A stretch of DNA of 64,000 nucleotides, taken from positions 1,984,001 to 2,048,000 of the forward strand of contig OZ024762.1 of NCBI GenBank assembly GCA_964016885.1, read 5' to 3'. This DNA is from Eledone cirrhosa (taxonomy: Eukaryota). The notes beneath the pieces are model-generated. The model made no database searches. It saw only the letters and a program-made list of their open reading frames with translations, and had not been told where the DNA came from. A program made the translations under genes and the position numbers. Positions 38,675 to 51,690 of the stretch are shown in pieces. The first letter of the stretch is position 1; each line of letters starts with the position of its first letter.

Positions 38675-39090
38675 TGTAAGTAAACGAGCAAGCCAGGTTG
38701 ACCAGAGAGAAAAACTGGACATTGGAAGATAAATGCGTGTGTGCAGCTATTTGGTTCAAATATAGTCAAGGGGAGATAACCAAAATAAGTCGTATGTCAT
38801 CAACTGTCGTCTGTTGAGTTGTACTGAACTAGATTAAAACGACTAACAACATACATTAGAAATAATTATATTAATTAGAAAAGCTGGACTATTAATAGTA
38901 GATGGTGAGACACTCGATGGTTTTACCATTTAACCTTAGGTTAGAGGTACAAACCTCATACAACACACCACAGTCAGTGACTCTTCTCTTTTCCCCACCA
39001 AATCCGAGATTAGCAAAATAAACTAACGAAATAAAATGTTTTATAAAACTACCGCAGATTTATAATTATTTCTACCTATATAAAATTACT
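38675..39090 (+). repeat. Left arm of a ~400-bp inverted duplication (partner at 41335-41740)
   Basis: 38695-38840 is nearly identical to the reverse complement of 41575-41718; similarity decays inward. Confidence 0.88.
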
Positions 39091-39218
39091 TGGTGTTATC
39101 CACAGTGATAATAAAAAGTGGCAAAATTTACCCGTTTTATTACGAGTCACGCGTTTATACATTTTTACTAGTACCAGAGGTTGGCATTAGAATTACACAT
39201 GTACGTAATCCCTTTATA

Positions 39219-39268
<50 letters not shown>

Positions 39269-39563
39269 CTCTCTCTATATATATATATGTATAAACACAT
39301 ATATATGTACATATAAATGTATGTATGTATGTATATATATATATACACACACATATCGCTCTCTCTATATATATGTATATACACATATATATGTATATAT
39401 AAATATATGTATGTATATATATATACACACACACATATCTCTCTCTCTCTATATATATATGTATATACACAAATATATGTATATATAAATATATGTATAT
39501 ATATATATATATATAGTAATAATAATCAATGTGAAAACTAAAATCCGAAGAGGGCTCGCTGAT

Positions 39564-39606
<43 letters not shown>

Positions 39607-40117
39607 GAGTGTGTGTGTATATATATATATATACATAAGTATATATATATATATACACAGCTAGATCACATCCATCCATACAACAAGTGCTGCTCCTAGT
39701 TAAGGTACTACGTTATTCCCCGCCTTAGCCTCGCTATCACCTCTGCCACTATTCCGAGTGTCCAGGCTTTCCCTCAAAAATCATGGCAGGTTAGTTCCGA
39801 CCTTTCTATACATAATTCATTTTTTCTTCTATTTTCTTTGAACTAAATTTAATCTTAATCCAACTATATTAAAGAGAAGAGCCAGTTTGTTAAAAAGAAG
39901 TTAAAGCCATGTTGAGTAATTGTACGTTAGATATGAGAGACCCTTAGTAAAAGTGGGACCGAGTATTTGGAGGGAACTCTAGGGTTTTTCTAGTTTCATG
40001 TTGTTAATGTTTAAAGGTGGAGAGATGCAGGGATGTTTTAGTAACATAGACATATATTAAACGAAGCAAATATACAATTATTTTTAAAATGTGTCGGCGA
40101 TCATATCATGTTGACAA

Positions 40118-40174
<57 letters not shown>

Positions 40175-40205
40175 CATACATGTATATATATGTATATATA
40201 GATAT

Positions 40206-40255
<50 letters not shown>

Positions 40256-41334
40256 CACATAGACATTTCACTAAACAAGAGGAGGCTGAATGTGATATCA
40301 TGTTTACTGATCAGAGAGATCGAACAAATCGAAGGTAAGTGCCAGGAATTAACTTTTATATGTATTTAAAAACAATTGGGTGTTTATTTTTTCCTTTGGA
40401 AAATGTGGCTGCTATTTGTAGCTTGTTGAACGACCACATAAGGACGTTACCTGTTGACATGCGCTAGAAATAGCAGCTAAATATTCCTAAAAAAACCTTC
40501 TACTGTCTTTAAAAAACTGAAGGACACTCGGATCGATATGTTGATCAAGAGTTGGCTCTCTTTCGTTCGAGGTCTAGTTCCGCAGAGCTGACCCCTGGTT
40601 AAGCAACAGCTCCTATATATATATATTCTTCTCCCATCTATTCCTGAGAGGGTCGTGGAGGCAGATTCCTCAAACACTCCCTTCAGCAGGTCCTGTCAGA
40701 AGCAACCGTCTCCAACTGATCTGGTTTAATCTCCAAGAAAGACCAACCAAGCTCATGGATGTTATTCAACCATCTTGCTCAGGGTCTACCCCTAGGTCTC
40801 CTGCCGGTTGGTTTTGCCCATAAGATCCATCCAACAATTCTTTCCTGAGACATTCTAACCACATGTCCATAGTATCAGAGCTGTGGTCTCTCAATTCAGA
40901 GAAGTAGCGGCTCTACCTGGAGTGACTCTCTGATTTCCGAGCTACAAATATATCCAGTGATTGTTTCCCCGAGACATTCTAACCCCATGTCCATAGTCAT
41001 AGTATAGGAGCTGTGATATGACAATTAGGAGAAGTAACAGCTCTACTTGGAGTGACTCTGAACTTCCAACCACAAACTCTATCGAGTAACATTGCTCCAA
41101 AGACCATTTTTTATTTGTGTTTATATTTTCCTTCTAAAAGAATTGTGAACAATATATTTTATTCCCATTTGTGTAAAAACAATATCACAAATTGCTCACA
41201 ATTCTTTCAGAATAACATAACAAATATAGAGTCGTTGATAAACATAAATGTAACCATTTGTAATGTTATTTATAAAACTGTGAATAAAATATTTTATATA
41301 TTAATAAACAAAAAGAGAAAAAACGTTTTACAAA

Positions 41335-41740
41335 TAATTTTATAGAGATAAATATAATTATAATTCTGAGGTAGATTTATAAAACATTTTATTTCAGAAG
41401 TTTATTTTGTTAATCTGCGATTTTGGGGGGAAAAGACAAGAGTCACTGACAATGGTGTGTTGTAAGGTTAAACGGTAAAACCATGGAGTGTCTCACCATC
41501 TACTATTTATATTCCAGCTTTTCTAATTTATATAATTACTTCTAATGTATGTTGTTAGTAGTTTTAACGAGTTTTAATCTAGTTCAGTACAACTCAACAG
41601 ACGACAGTTGATGACATACGACTTATTTTGGTTATCTCCCCTTGACTATATTTGAACCAAATATCTGCACACACGCATTTATCTTCCAATGTCCAGTTTT
41701 TTTCTCTCTGGTCAACCTGACTTGGTCGTTCTTTTACACA
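41335..41740 (-). repeat. Right arm of the ~400-bp inverted duplication
   Basis: See the left arm. Confidence 0.88.
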
Positions 41741-41910
41741 AACGTGGTCAACCAGGCTTTCTGGTGAAGTGTAATAAATAATTAAGTATTGCATATAATT
41801 GAACAATATATATCATAGTCAGCATATGGCGACAATTTATAATAAACATGTCAAAGCAAAGAAATTCATAATCTCTTCACGCCGACGTTTAATTTAAAAC
41901 TATATATATA

Positions 41911-42598
41911 TAGGAAAATAGTCAGGACCCCGACGGCAGAGCTCAAGCCGTTTCGACGGCTATTTCTGGACGGAAATTTACTGTCCAGAAATAGCCGTCG
42001 AAACGGCTTGAGCTCTGTCGTCGGGGTCCTGACTCTTTTCCTTTTACCCACTCTACTACCCAAAGTATCGAGTACTCTCTGTGGTGCGTTATGGTCCACC
42101 TGGTTCCTTACCACGCCTCCGTCGTTATATATATATGTGTGTGTGTGTATTTCCGTGGAAAAGGTAAAGGAAATAAGAGTGCTCTATATATAATACAGAG
42201 CTATTTAATTATATAATAAACAACACAGTATAATTCCATTACCTAAGGTTTCATGAGACAAGACGATCTTAACAGAATCGTCTTGTCTCATGAAACCTGA
42301 GGTAATGGAATAATTACATAATTAAATAGCTCTGTACGATACATAGAGCACTCTTCTTTCTTTTACCTTTTCTACGGAAATACATTATATATATATATAT
42401 ATAATGTAGGAAGTAAGTTTTACTGTAGTACAATAAAGCAATGCAAATATCGGATAAGTAGCACTCCACAGTTTATAGGACTGGAGTATAAATAATATAA
42501 GATCAAAAGATGGTTAAAAGAGTTCCAAGTATTTTATTATGCGCATATTATTGAAATGCGCATAATAAAATACTTGGAACTCTTTTAACCATCTTTTG

Positions 42599-42605
<7 letters not shown>
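41911..42605. mobile_element. Train of three different palindromic elements separated by (TA)n
   Basis: Hairpins at 41911-42043, 42147-42383 and ~42496-42605. Confidence 0.75.
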
Positions 42606-42641
<36 letters not shown>

Positions 42642-44049
42642 TATACTGATTAATGTTCAGAGCCATCCTCAGCATTTTCGTGTAGCACCCATCCACCATC
42701 TGATGTTGATGCCCTAGGGACAGACACAAGTCTGTTGGAGACGCAGGACATGGCAGCGATAATGAGGGACAGAGACCGCTGGAGAGAACTCGTCCATGGA
42801 TCTCAGGAATTTTACCCGCCCTATATATATATAGATAGATAGATCGATATATATATATAGTTTTGAATTAACACTTTTCCCTTGCAGTTGTTTTATATCT
42901 TGATAAAAATAACAATTGTTTCTACTTTTGGCACAAGGCCAGCAATTATCTTAGTACATTACTGGTACTTTATTTTATCGACCCCCGTAGAGATGAAAGG
43001 CAAAGTTAACTTTGGCTGGATTTGAACTCAGACTGCAAAGGGCCGTAACTCTATGCTGCAAAGCATGCCGCCCTTAAAATAATAATAATAATAATAATAG
43101 TAATAATGGTTTCTTTATTGGTCTCAAAGAGCTGACATTAAGAAAACATTAAAGACGGTACATGACGATACAACGTGGGTCTGTTTATTTTGTTTTGTTC
43201 GTGTAAAAAGTTTGATAACAGAAATAATAATAATAATAGTCTCTAGATTTAGGCACAGGACCAGTAATTTGAAGGAGCAAAAGGTCAATTAAATCGACCC
43301 CAATGTGTGACTGGTACTTTATTTATCGACTCCCGTAAGGATGAAAGGCAAAATTAAACGTAAAGGGATGTAACTCTATGCCGCAAAGCATGTTGTCCGA
43401 CACTCTACCGATTCTGCCAATCCACCGCCTTATAATAATGGTAATAATAACAACAACAATTTTGGGGGAGGAGGGCAAAGTCGATTAAATCAACCTCAGT
43501 GTATTACTGGTACTTTATAAATAATAATTTCTACTATAGGCACAAGGGCAACAATATTTGAGAAAGTCGATCCCAGCGTATTACTGGTACTTTATTTATC
43601 GACCTCCGTAAAAGATGAAAACTAACAATAATAATTTCTACTATAGACACAAGGCTAACAATTTTGTGGGGAAGAAAGGGGGGGGGGGTCGATTAAATCG
43701 ACCCCATTGCATTACTGGTACTTTATTTTATCGACCCTCGTAAGGATGACAGGCAAAGCTAACCTCGGCGGGATTTAATAAATAATTCATTATATAAAAT
43801 ATAACTCAATTTTAAAAAATTAAAAAATAATTCTCTAATAATAATAATTCCAAAATATTAACAAAATTTAAATAAATTTACAACAAAAATACGACAAATG
43901 TTTTCCCTTCAACAAATAAAATATTTGAAAATCAATTTGACACAAAATCTTTTCTTATATTCTTTTGGGGTTTTTTTTTTCTATTTTTTCCTGATTTTTT
44001 TTTTTTATCTTCCATCTTCGTCTCTTGATAGTTTTTACATCTATAAGGT

Positions 44050-44054
<5 letters not shown>

Positions 44055-44088
<34 letters not shown>

Positions 44089-44475
44089 TATATATATATA
44101 TATAATATATTATATATTATATATATATATATATAATATATTATATATTATATATATATATTATATATGTATATATATATTATATATGTATATATATATT
44201 ATATAATAATATATATGTATATATATATAATAATATATATGTATATATATATGTATATGTATTTATATGTATATACATATATATATATATAATATATGTA
44301 TTTATATGTATATATATATAATATATGTATATATATAATGTATGTATATATATAATGTATATATATTATATATTATATATATATATAATGTATATATATT
44401 ATATATTATATATATAGTATATATATATATTATATATGTATATATATAATATATGTATATATATGTATATATTTA
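44055..44475. repeat. (TA)n-rich degenerate microsatellite
   Basis: Directly visible. Confidence 0.9.
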
Positions 44476-44948
44476 TATTTATTTTGTCTTTTGTTCAATT
44501 TAAAAGATGTACTTTATTCATTTAAAAGAGTTCCTTGGTTAATCAATAAAATATTTTCTTCAACAAACGTGTTTCATTCGATCTGAGAAACAGGAAGATC
44601 GAATGAAACAAAGGTAAACGTTTTTCAGTTGAAATTTCCGCCGTCCTCCCTCCACATCTTCTCTTTATAAAACTTAATTTCATACGTTATAGCTTTAAAT
44701 TATATTTCCTTGTCTTCAGGATACGAAATTCTGCTCCATTGCTCCGTGATAAACCATCTATCTCTACAATCTCTACAGTCATTCCTCTCAATCAGTCTTT
44801 CTCAAATGTTTTGGTTTGGTTTGGTTTACATTTTTCGTTTATAAATTTGGAGGAAAAAAAAAAAAGCAACACATTTTTTTATCTAGGAAAAAAAAAAAAA
44901 AAAAAAATAATGGAAGGAATTTTTACGAAATACCATCTACACCCGTTT

Positions 44949-46628
44949 TTAAATATCTACTTGAATACCTTGTGTTGGTTTTGTTCCGTGTGAAGTTAGG
45001 GGTTGAGGGTGAACTGACCCTTGAAATGAACGTGATATCGCGATAGCTTCTCCGTTCGGAATGGCTCCGTCTAAATAAAATACAACAGGCAGGTAGGCTA
45101 CTACTGGTTGGCGGGTTTGTAACTGGTTAGGGTCGGATACTGCTGATAGAAGCTGAGTCTGGACTTGAGCCATTTGTAAAGGGGACAGAGAAGGTATTTG
45201 ATGCGGGGCCACTTCGGTGTACGCTTGTGCTGGTGCTATTTGGAAAGGCTGTTCCAATGCGCTAGCTTCAATCGGTTGGGTTTCGTTGCGAACTTGGGGC
45301 AGGCTGTTTGGTATATCCATGGCGTTTGTCTGAGACATTTTACTGTGACATTTATTCAGAACCGGATACACAATAGAGACATGGTTGTGTCGCTGGACTG
45401 AGCTATCTTCTGCTGGGAGCGTCTCGTTCTCGATTGAACTTTGAGGAAGGAATTCTCCGACAGAATCCACCATTTTCTCTCCCATCATTTCGATACCGTC
45501 TTGGCTTGATTGATTTTCTATTGATTCGTTTTTCAACAGGTTTTTTGGCGGATCTAAAACTGATCGATGGACTGGGTCTTCCTTCACGGCCCCTACAACT
45601 GTCTGTACAGAAATATTCCCGTTATTGCAGTTGATCGCTTTCTCTTGATCCTCAGCAAACATTTCCATTGGGGCCTGAACGGCAGGTTGTTCAGGGACGG
45701 TCTCACTAGTATGAGTGAGAGCCATCTGGGGTTCGAACATCATTTGCTGTACAGGACTAACCTCTTGTAAATGTATCGGGTGGATTATATAAGGTACCAT
45801 TACTCCCTGTACCGGATTCTGAGTATCAGATGCTGCTGGTTCGGTTACCTTTGGAAGTAAATTTACCTGAGAGTCCCTGAACGAGTCGGTTTCTTGTGAA
45901 TCATCGTCCATTCGGTTAGTCAGTATTTCCTTTGAAATATCTTCCCCAGTATTAGGATTAACTATTTGAATGAGAGATTGCTGTCTTCTCTGTTCCACCT
46001 TGTAACTCTGTATCGCTGGTACCGACATAGATTTCTGCGGGGGAAGAGAGTCGCCACATGAATGAATGTAGCTCATGGCGTTCGGATTAGAGAGGGTATG
46101 CGGGTAGAATGTCGGACTGTTGATAGTTGGGGTGGCCATATGGTAATGCTGAACCTGTGGCGGTGGTGGTGGGGGCAAGGGCGATTGGTTTGGCAGTAAA
46201 GTGGCCGGTTGAATCCATTGACCTGGGGCTGAATAAGTTATCACTTGATTGGGATTCAACAGTATTTGGTCTCCGGCAGATGGCGCTGTGTGGCTTGTCG
46301 GTGGTGACATGGAGTTTGAAAACTCCATTACTGGTGACAGCATTCCGTCATTTGACGCCGGAGACGAAGAATATATTGGCATAGTCTGGATGTTATGGGC
46401 AGAGTTTGGGAAATATTCGTTCATTTGAATTTTCATACTATCTCTTCGTTTCTGATACTGATTCACATTCTGGTGAGCACCGCAAATATTTGCTGAAACT
46501 TCCCCATTTTTTTTAGTCTCTTTATTAAAGAAATATTGGTTAGAATTTCGTTTTGATGACCGTTTATTGCGAGAATTTCTTTTGTGACTTTCAAAGTCAG
46601 TTCCAGGATGAGGTGCACTGTTATTCAT
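44949..46628 (-). CDS. 559-aa Pro/Gln/Ser-rich protein resembling the eIF4G N-terminal region with a PABP-binding-like motif; no MIF4G/MA3/W2
   Basis: Uninterrupted non-repetitive ORF; QRRQQSLIQIVNPNTGEDISKEIL resembles eIF4G [30 protein letters not shown] on the minus strand at ~44512. Confidence 0.7.
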   Translation of the reverse strand: MNNSAPHPGTDFESHKRNSRNKRSSKRNSNQYFFNKETKKNGEVSANICGAHQNVNQYQKRRDSMKIQMNEYFPNSAHNIQTMPIYSSSPASNDGMLSPVMEFSNSMSPPTSHTAPSAGDQILLNPNQVITYSAPGQWIQPATLLPNQSPLPPPPPPQVQHYHMATPTINSPTFYPHTLSNPNAMSYIHSCGDSLPPQKSMSVPAIQSYKVEQRRQQSLIQIVNPNTGEDISKEILTNRMDDDSQETDSFRDSQVNLLPKVTEPAASDTQNPVQGVMVPYIIHPIHLQEVSPVQQMMFEPQMALTHTSETVPEQPAVQAPMEMFAEDQEKAINCNNGNISVQTVVGAVKEDPVHRSVLDPPKNLLKNESIENQSSQDGIEMMGEKMVDSVGEFLPQSSIENETLPAEDSSVQRHNHVSIVYPVLNKCHSKMSQTNAMDIPNSLPQVRNETQPIEASALEQPFQIAPAQAYTEVAPHQIPSLSPLQMAQVQTQLLSAVSDPNQLQTRQPVVAYLPVVFYLDGAIPNGEAIAISRSFQGSVHPQPLTSHGTKPTQGIQVDI

Positions 46629-46847
46629 TTTGTAGTCCTTTATATATATATATTGTTTTTATAGATATGGTGTATATATATATATATGTGTGTGTGTATA
46701 TATATATATGTGTGTGTGTGTTTATATATATATATATGTGTGTGTGTGTGTATATATATGTATGTGTGTGTGTTTTGTTATTCGAAGTTTTAGTTTCTTT
46801 TTTTTTTTAGTTTAAAATAAATGTTTACGTTAATATAACTGATGTCC

Positions 46848-47536
<689 letters not shown>

Positions 47537-50500
47537 GTATGTATGTATATATAAGTTTGTTACTCAACTTTGTGGCTTTGATAATCCGCAATTTTATCCA
47601 ACATTTGGTTCATTTTTCCTCTAATTTTTATCATCATCGTCATTTTTATAATTGTTATTATGGAGGGTTGTCTTGTTTTGGGGGTTTTTTGCAGTTTTCT
47701 GTTTACCATTTAATGTGTTTTTTTTTTTTGCAGTTTTTTTGTTTTTGGGGGGAGTTTTTTTAATTTTTTTGCCTTCGATATAGTATATTCCTTGCTTGTT
47801 GGTCAGTTAATAAATTCAAATCTATCAGTTTTGTTAGTCTAGCAAACAGCCTCACGTTGGAACGCCATCGTCCATGTACGCCGGATTTAAAATACAGAAT
47901 CCAAAAGAGAGAGGCGTCTGGAGAACGGTTTTACCATTGTTTCGTTTTCATTCATCATCATCATCATCATACGTCCACTTTTCCTTGCTTGCAACGGTGG
48001 GACGGGTCCTATTCAGCACAGCATCTCTCCATTTGTCACGGTCCTTCGTCATCTCCTCCGTGAGCTTCAGCGATCCGAGGTCAGCTCTCACCACCTCCGC
48101 CCATGTTTTTCGTGGTCTGCCTCTACTGGGATTTCTTGGCCCTTCTTTACCCAGCGGTCATCCTCCATGGGCATCACATTTCTATACCATCGCAGTCTTC
48201 TCTCCCACACACCACAACTTATCCCTCTTATACCCAGTTTCTCTCTCAACTCATCTATGCTGGGTCGTTCACGCACATTGACATTGCACATCCAACGGAG
48301 CATACTCGCCTCATTTCTCTCCAGCCGTCGCATCCTCCACAGTTGCTGCCCATGTCTCACTACCATGCAGCATCGCGCATCTCACACAGGCATCATGTAA
48401 CCGTCCTTTCGTACGCAGTTGAGAGAAAAACTTTTAAGGATGTAGAACCCCTCAAATCTGGGACGCCACATGTTGTGACACGTTCTCCGCCTTCAACTTA
48501 GTCGCTTCGGTCTTAAAAACCCCGGTATTGCGGTCCCCCGTACTTCAGAAGAAATGGAGACAAACGAATACCGGGGATTGTCCGGCCACCGTTGAGACCT
48601 CAGGCATCCTCGGAGCGTCAGCAGCCCGACTGAGGAAGGAGGCCCGTGAGGTGGGGTCACTGTTTGCAGCGGGTGTCGTTGGCCATTGTCCGCAGAGTAC
48701 AATCCCACCAACACTGCCCAGAGTTCATCCCCCTCTCCCCTAGGCCCAGAGCACATCACTCTTCTTTTCTTCTGTGACCCTAGATTCCTTGTTTTTGTTC
48801 TCGTTTATGGCTTTTATAGTCCTTTCCTCTTTTTCCCCACATACAGCCAGATCTGCCCTTCTTCACCCCTTCCCCATTTGTAAAGTTATTTATACAATTG
48901 TCAATAAAGTTTATATTCCTATAAATAGCAATAAAGAAACGAAGAAAACCAAAGATAAGAGAAGAAAAAAAAGGAAAAGAAATTAAGCAACGAAAGAAAG
49001 GGGGAAGTGTGGTGGGGGGCAGACTATATTCCAGTCAGCGATGGGATTGTACTAGTCCCTATGGACAAAATGGAGAAAGCCATCCAACCTCACGGGGCCC
49101 TTCCTTCAAGCGGGAGATCAGAGAGTCACTCCAGGTAGAGTCGCTACTTCTCCAAATTTGGAGATCACAGCTCCGATACTATGGCCATGTGGTTAGAATG
49201 TCTCAGGAAAGAATCGCTGGACAAATTTTACGGGCAAACCCAACCGACAGGAGACCCAGAGCAAGATGGTTGAATAACATCCATGAACTTGGCTGGTTTC
49301 ACTTGGAGATTAAACCAGATCAGTTGGAGCCGGTTGCTTCTGACAGGACCCACTGGAAGGAGTGTTTGAGGACTATGTCTGCCCTCACGGCCCTCTCAGG
49401 AATAAGTGGGTGAAGAGAAGAGAAGAAGACTTTAAAATTAACATTTTTTTATATTAGGGACCCACAACCATCAGCAATCCTACGCCATTCGTTATTCCTG
49501 ATATGAGCCTACACAGGCTTACGAAAACCTTCACTTTGAAACGCTAGGTTAGATTTCAGCACCTGTTGAGAAGGGTGGGGCCAAGACTAGCACTCCTACC
49601 TCCATTAATACAAGTTGCTACCGAGACAAGCAGGTACCTTTACAGGGACTAACAAGCAGCAAGCTATACTATTCGTTACCCCCATTGATACGAGTCTGGA
49701 CAATGTGTGAGAACGCTCTCTGGCGGGCAGAACCCCAAGTGCAGGCCATCTGATAGTCACAGCGGACATACTTCTAGTTTACATCTTAATAAACCTAATG
49801 TGCCTTTGCAAATAGAGTGAAGTAATTTGAAGTCCAGGCTCAACTGACAGAACCTGAAATCGACCTCTATGCAGGGTTACGGAACCCTTCCCTTTCGAAA
49901 TACTAGGTTAGTTTTCAGCCTGCGTTGAGAGGAGAGGTAGGGTGGAGCGTAATTAATCCAAATTGTTACAGAAAAGAGTAGCTACCGAGCTTGGAAGTAG
50001 ACCCGTGACCAGTGCTGGATTTAGGACAAATGAGGCTGTGTTGGTTAAGTTATGAGGCCCCTTACTCGTAAAAATTCTTGTTTACAGGAAGATGTTTTTC
50101 CCCACCCCTGGCCAACGGGGCCCTGTGTCTAAGCACAATGGTAAATCCGGAAATGTCCATGACAAGGTTTGCAGTTTGAAGAGAAAGGGACGAGTCGATG
50201 GAATTGACCCCAGTGCGTTACTGGTAGTTTATTTTATTGATCCCAGGAAAGACGAAAGGCAAAGTTAACCTGGGTGGGATCTGAACATGTATGTATGGTC
50301 CCCTAACTCCTGATAGACTGGTATGGGCGCCGTGTTGACATAAGGCGTTTCTGGCGGAGTCCATCTCTCTCCAGGCCTGAGTACAGCAGATTTCTTCCAG
50401 AGAGATATAGAGGAAGAATCGACCCCAGTACTAGACTGGTACTTTTTTAATCTTATGAAAGCAGAACCGGAACAAACACTGCTAAGCAATTGTCCGACGC

Positions 50501-51655
50501 TCTAACGATTTCCCAATTTGCCACCCCATTCTTACCCACCAAGATTCAAAGATAACGCAAGTACAAGGACGGCAATGCGTTAGGATAAGGTGTAGACGTG
50601 TTTAAAAAAAAAAAAAAAATTACATAAAGGGGAACTAACTCTTTGTTGACATACATTGTTTATCTCCCCTTTCCTATATCTATCTGACAATTCTTAGGAA
50701 TTATGTCCGTTGCTGATTTTAACAAGTTAGCTTTACAGACAGGCTAAACGACCATTGTACCTCTGTCTTTAAATTGTCCCCAAAAGGTTTGAACCAGCCC
50801 AGGCTGTAGTGTTTCCCAAAGTGGGTTCCGTTATAACGAAATTCATTTTCAATCCGAGGTAATAACAAACGCTCGATCACGTTATAACGGAATTTGACTG
50901 TATTTATAATATGCCCATATAACAGTTCTAGACTTTAGGGTTCCCTCTAAAGTCTATGAGTCCAAATAAAAAGGGTTCCACTTTTGAAAATGTTTGGGAT
51001 ACCCTGCCCTAAAGGGAGTATCGATCTTGAAATTGCTGTACGGGTCTGAGGATTGGACACTGACCAAGAAACTCACTCAGATGGTGGATGGGTGCTACAC
51101 GAGAATGCTGAGGATGGCTACTGAGGTTAGCTGGACATGTTCACCAACATCCAGAGTTGACACTGCACTCAGTGCTCATGTGGGAAGCCCCTGCATGGAC
51201 ACACTGGAAGAGGAAGACCGAAGTTAACATATGTTGATGCCCTAAGGACAGACACTGGTCTGTTGAAGATGCAGGACATGGCAGCGATAATCAGGGCCAG
51301 AGACTGCTGGAGAGAACTCGTCCATGGAACTCGGGAACTTTACCTGCCCTAGATAGATATATACACACACAAACACATATCTTCATCACTGTTTAACGTT
51401 TATTTTTCCACGCTTACATGGGTTAGACGGGTTGTCCATGTCATGAGACAAGTCTGGTCAGTTAGCCGTGTCGTACCCTGCTAAAACAATTGTATTTTGG
51501 CTAGAATTTTTACAGCTGGATGCCCATCCTAACACCAACCACGTTTATATAGAGAGAGACGTTTCTGTTAGAATCGTCTGACTTCGCGAAACCTTGGGTA
51601 ATGGAATAATTATAGAGCACTCTTTTGTCTTTTACCTTTTCTATGGAAATACTTA

Positions 51656-51690
<35 letters not shown>

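Noticed and set aside
48430-48790. GC-rich patch with partial similarity to 56615-56730
   Set aside because: Probably a degraded retroelement piece; I could not assign a family, ORF or ribozyme fold.
49485-49940. Partial internal direct repeats with small hairpins
   Set aside because: Too degenerate to interpret; likely an old repeat.
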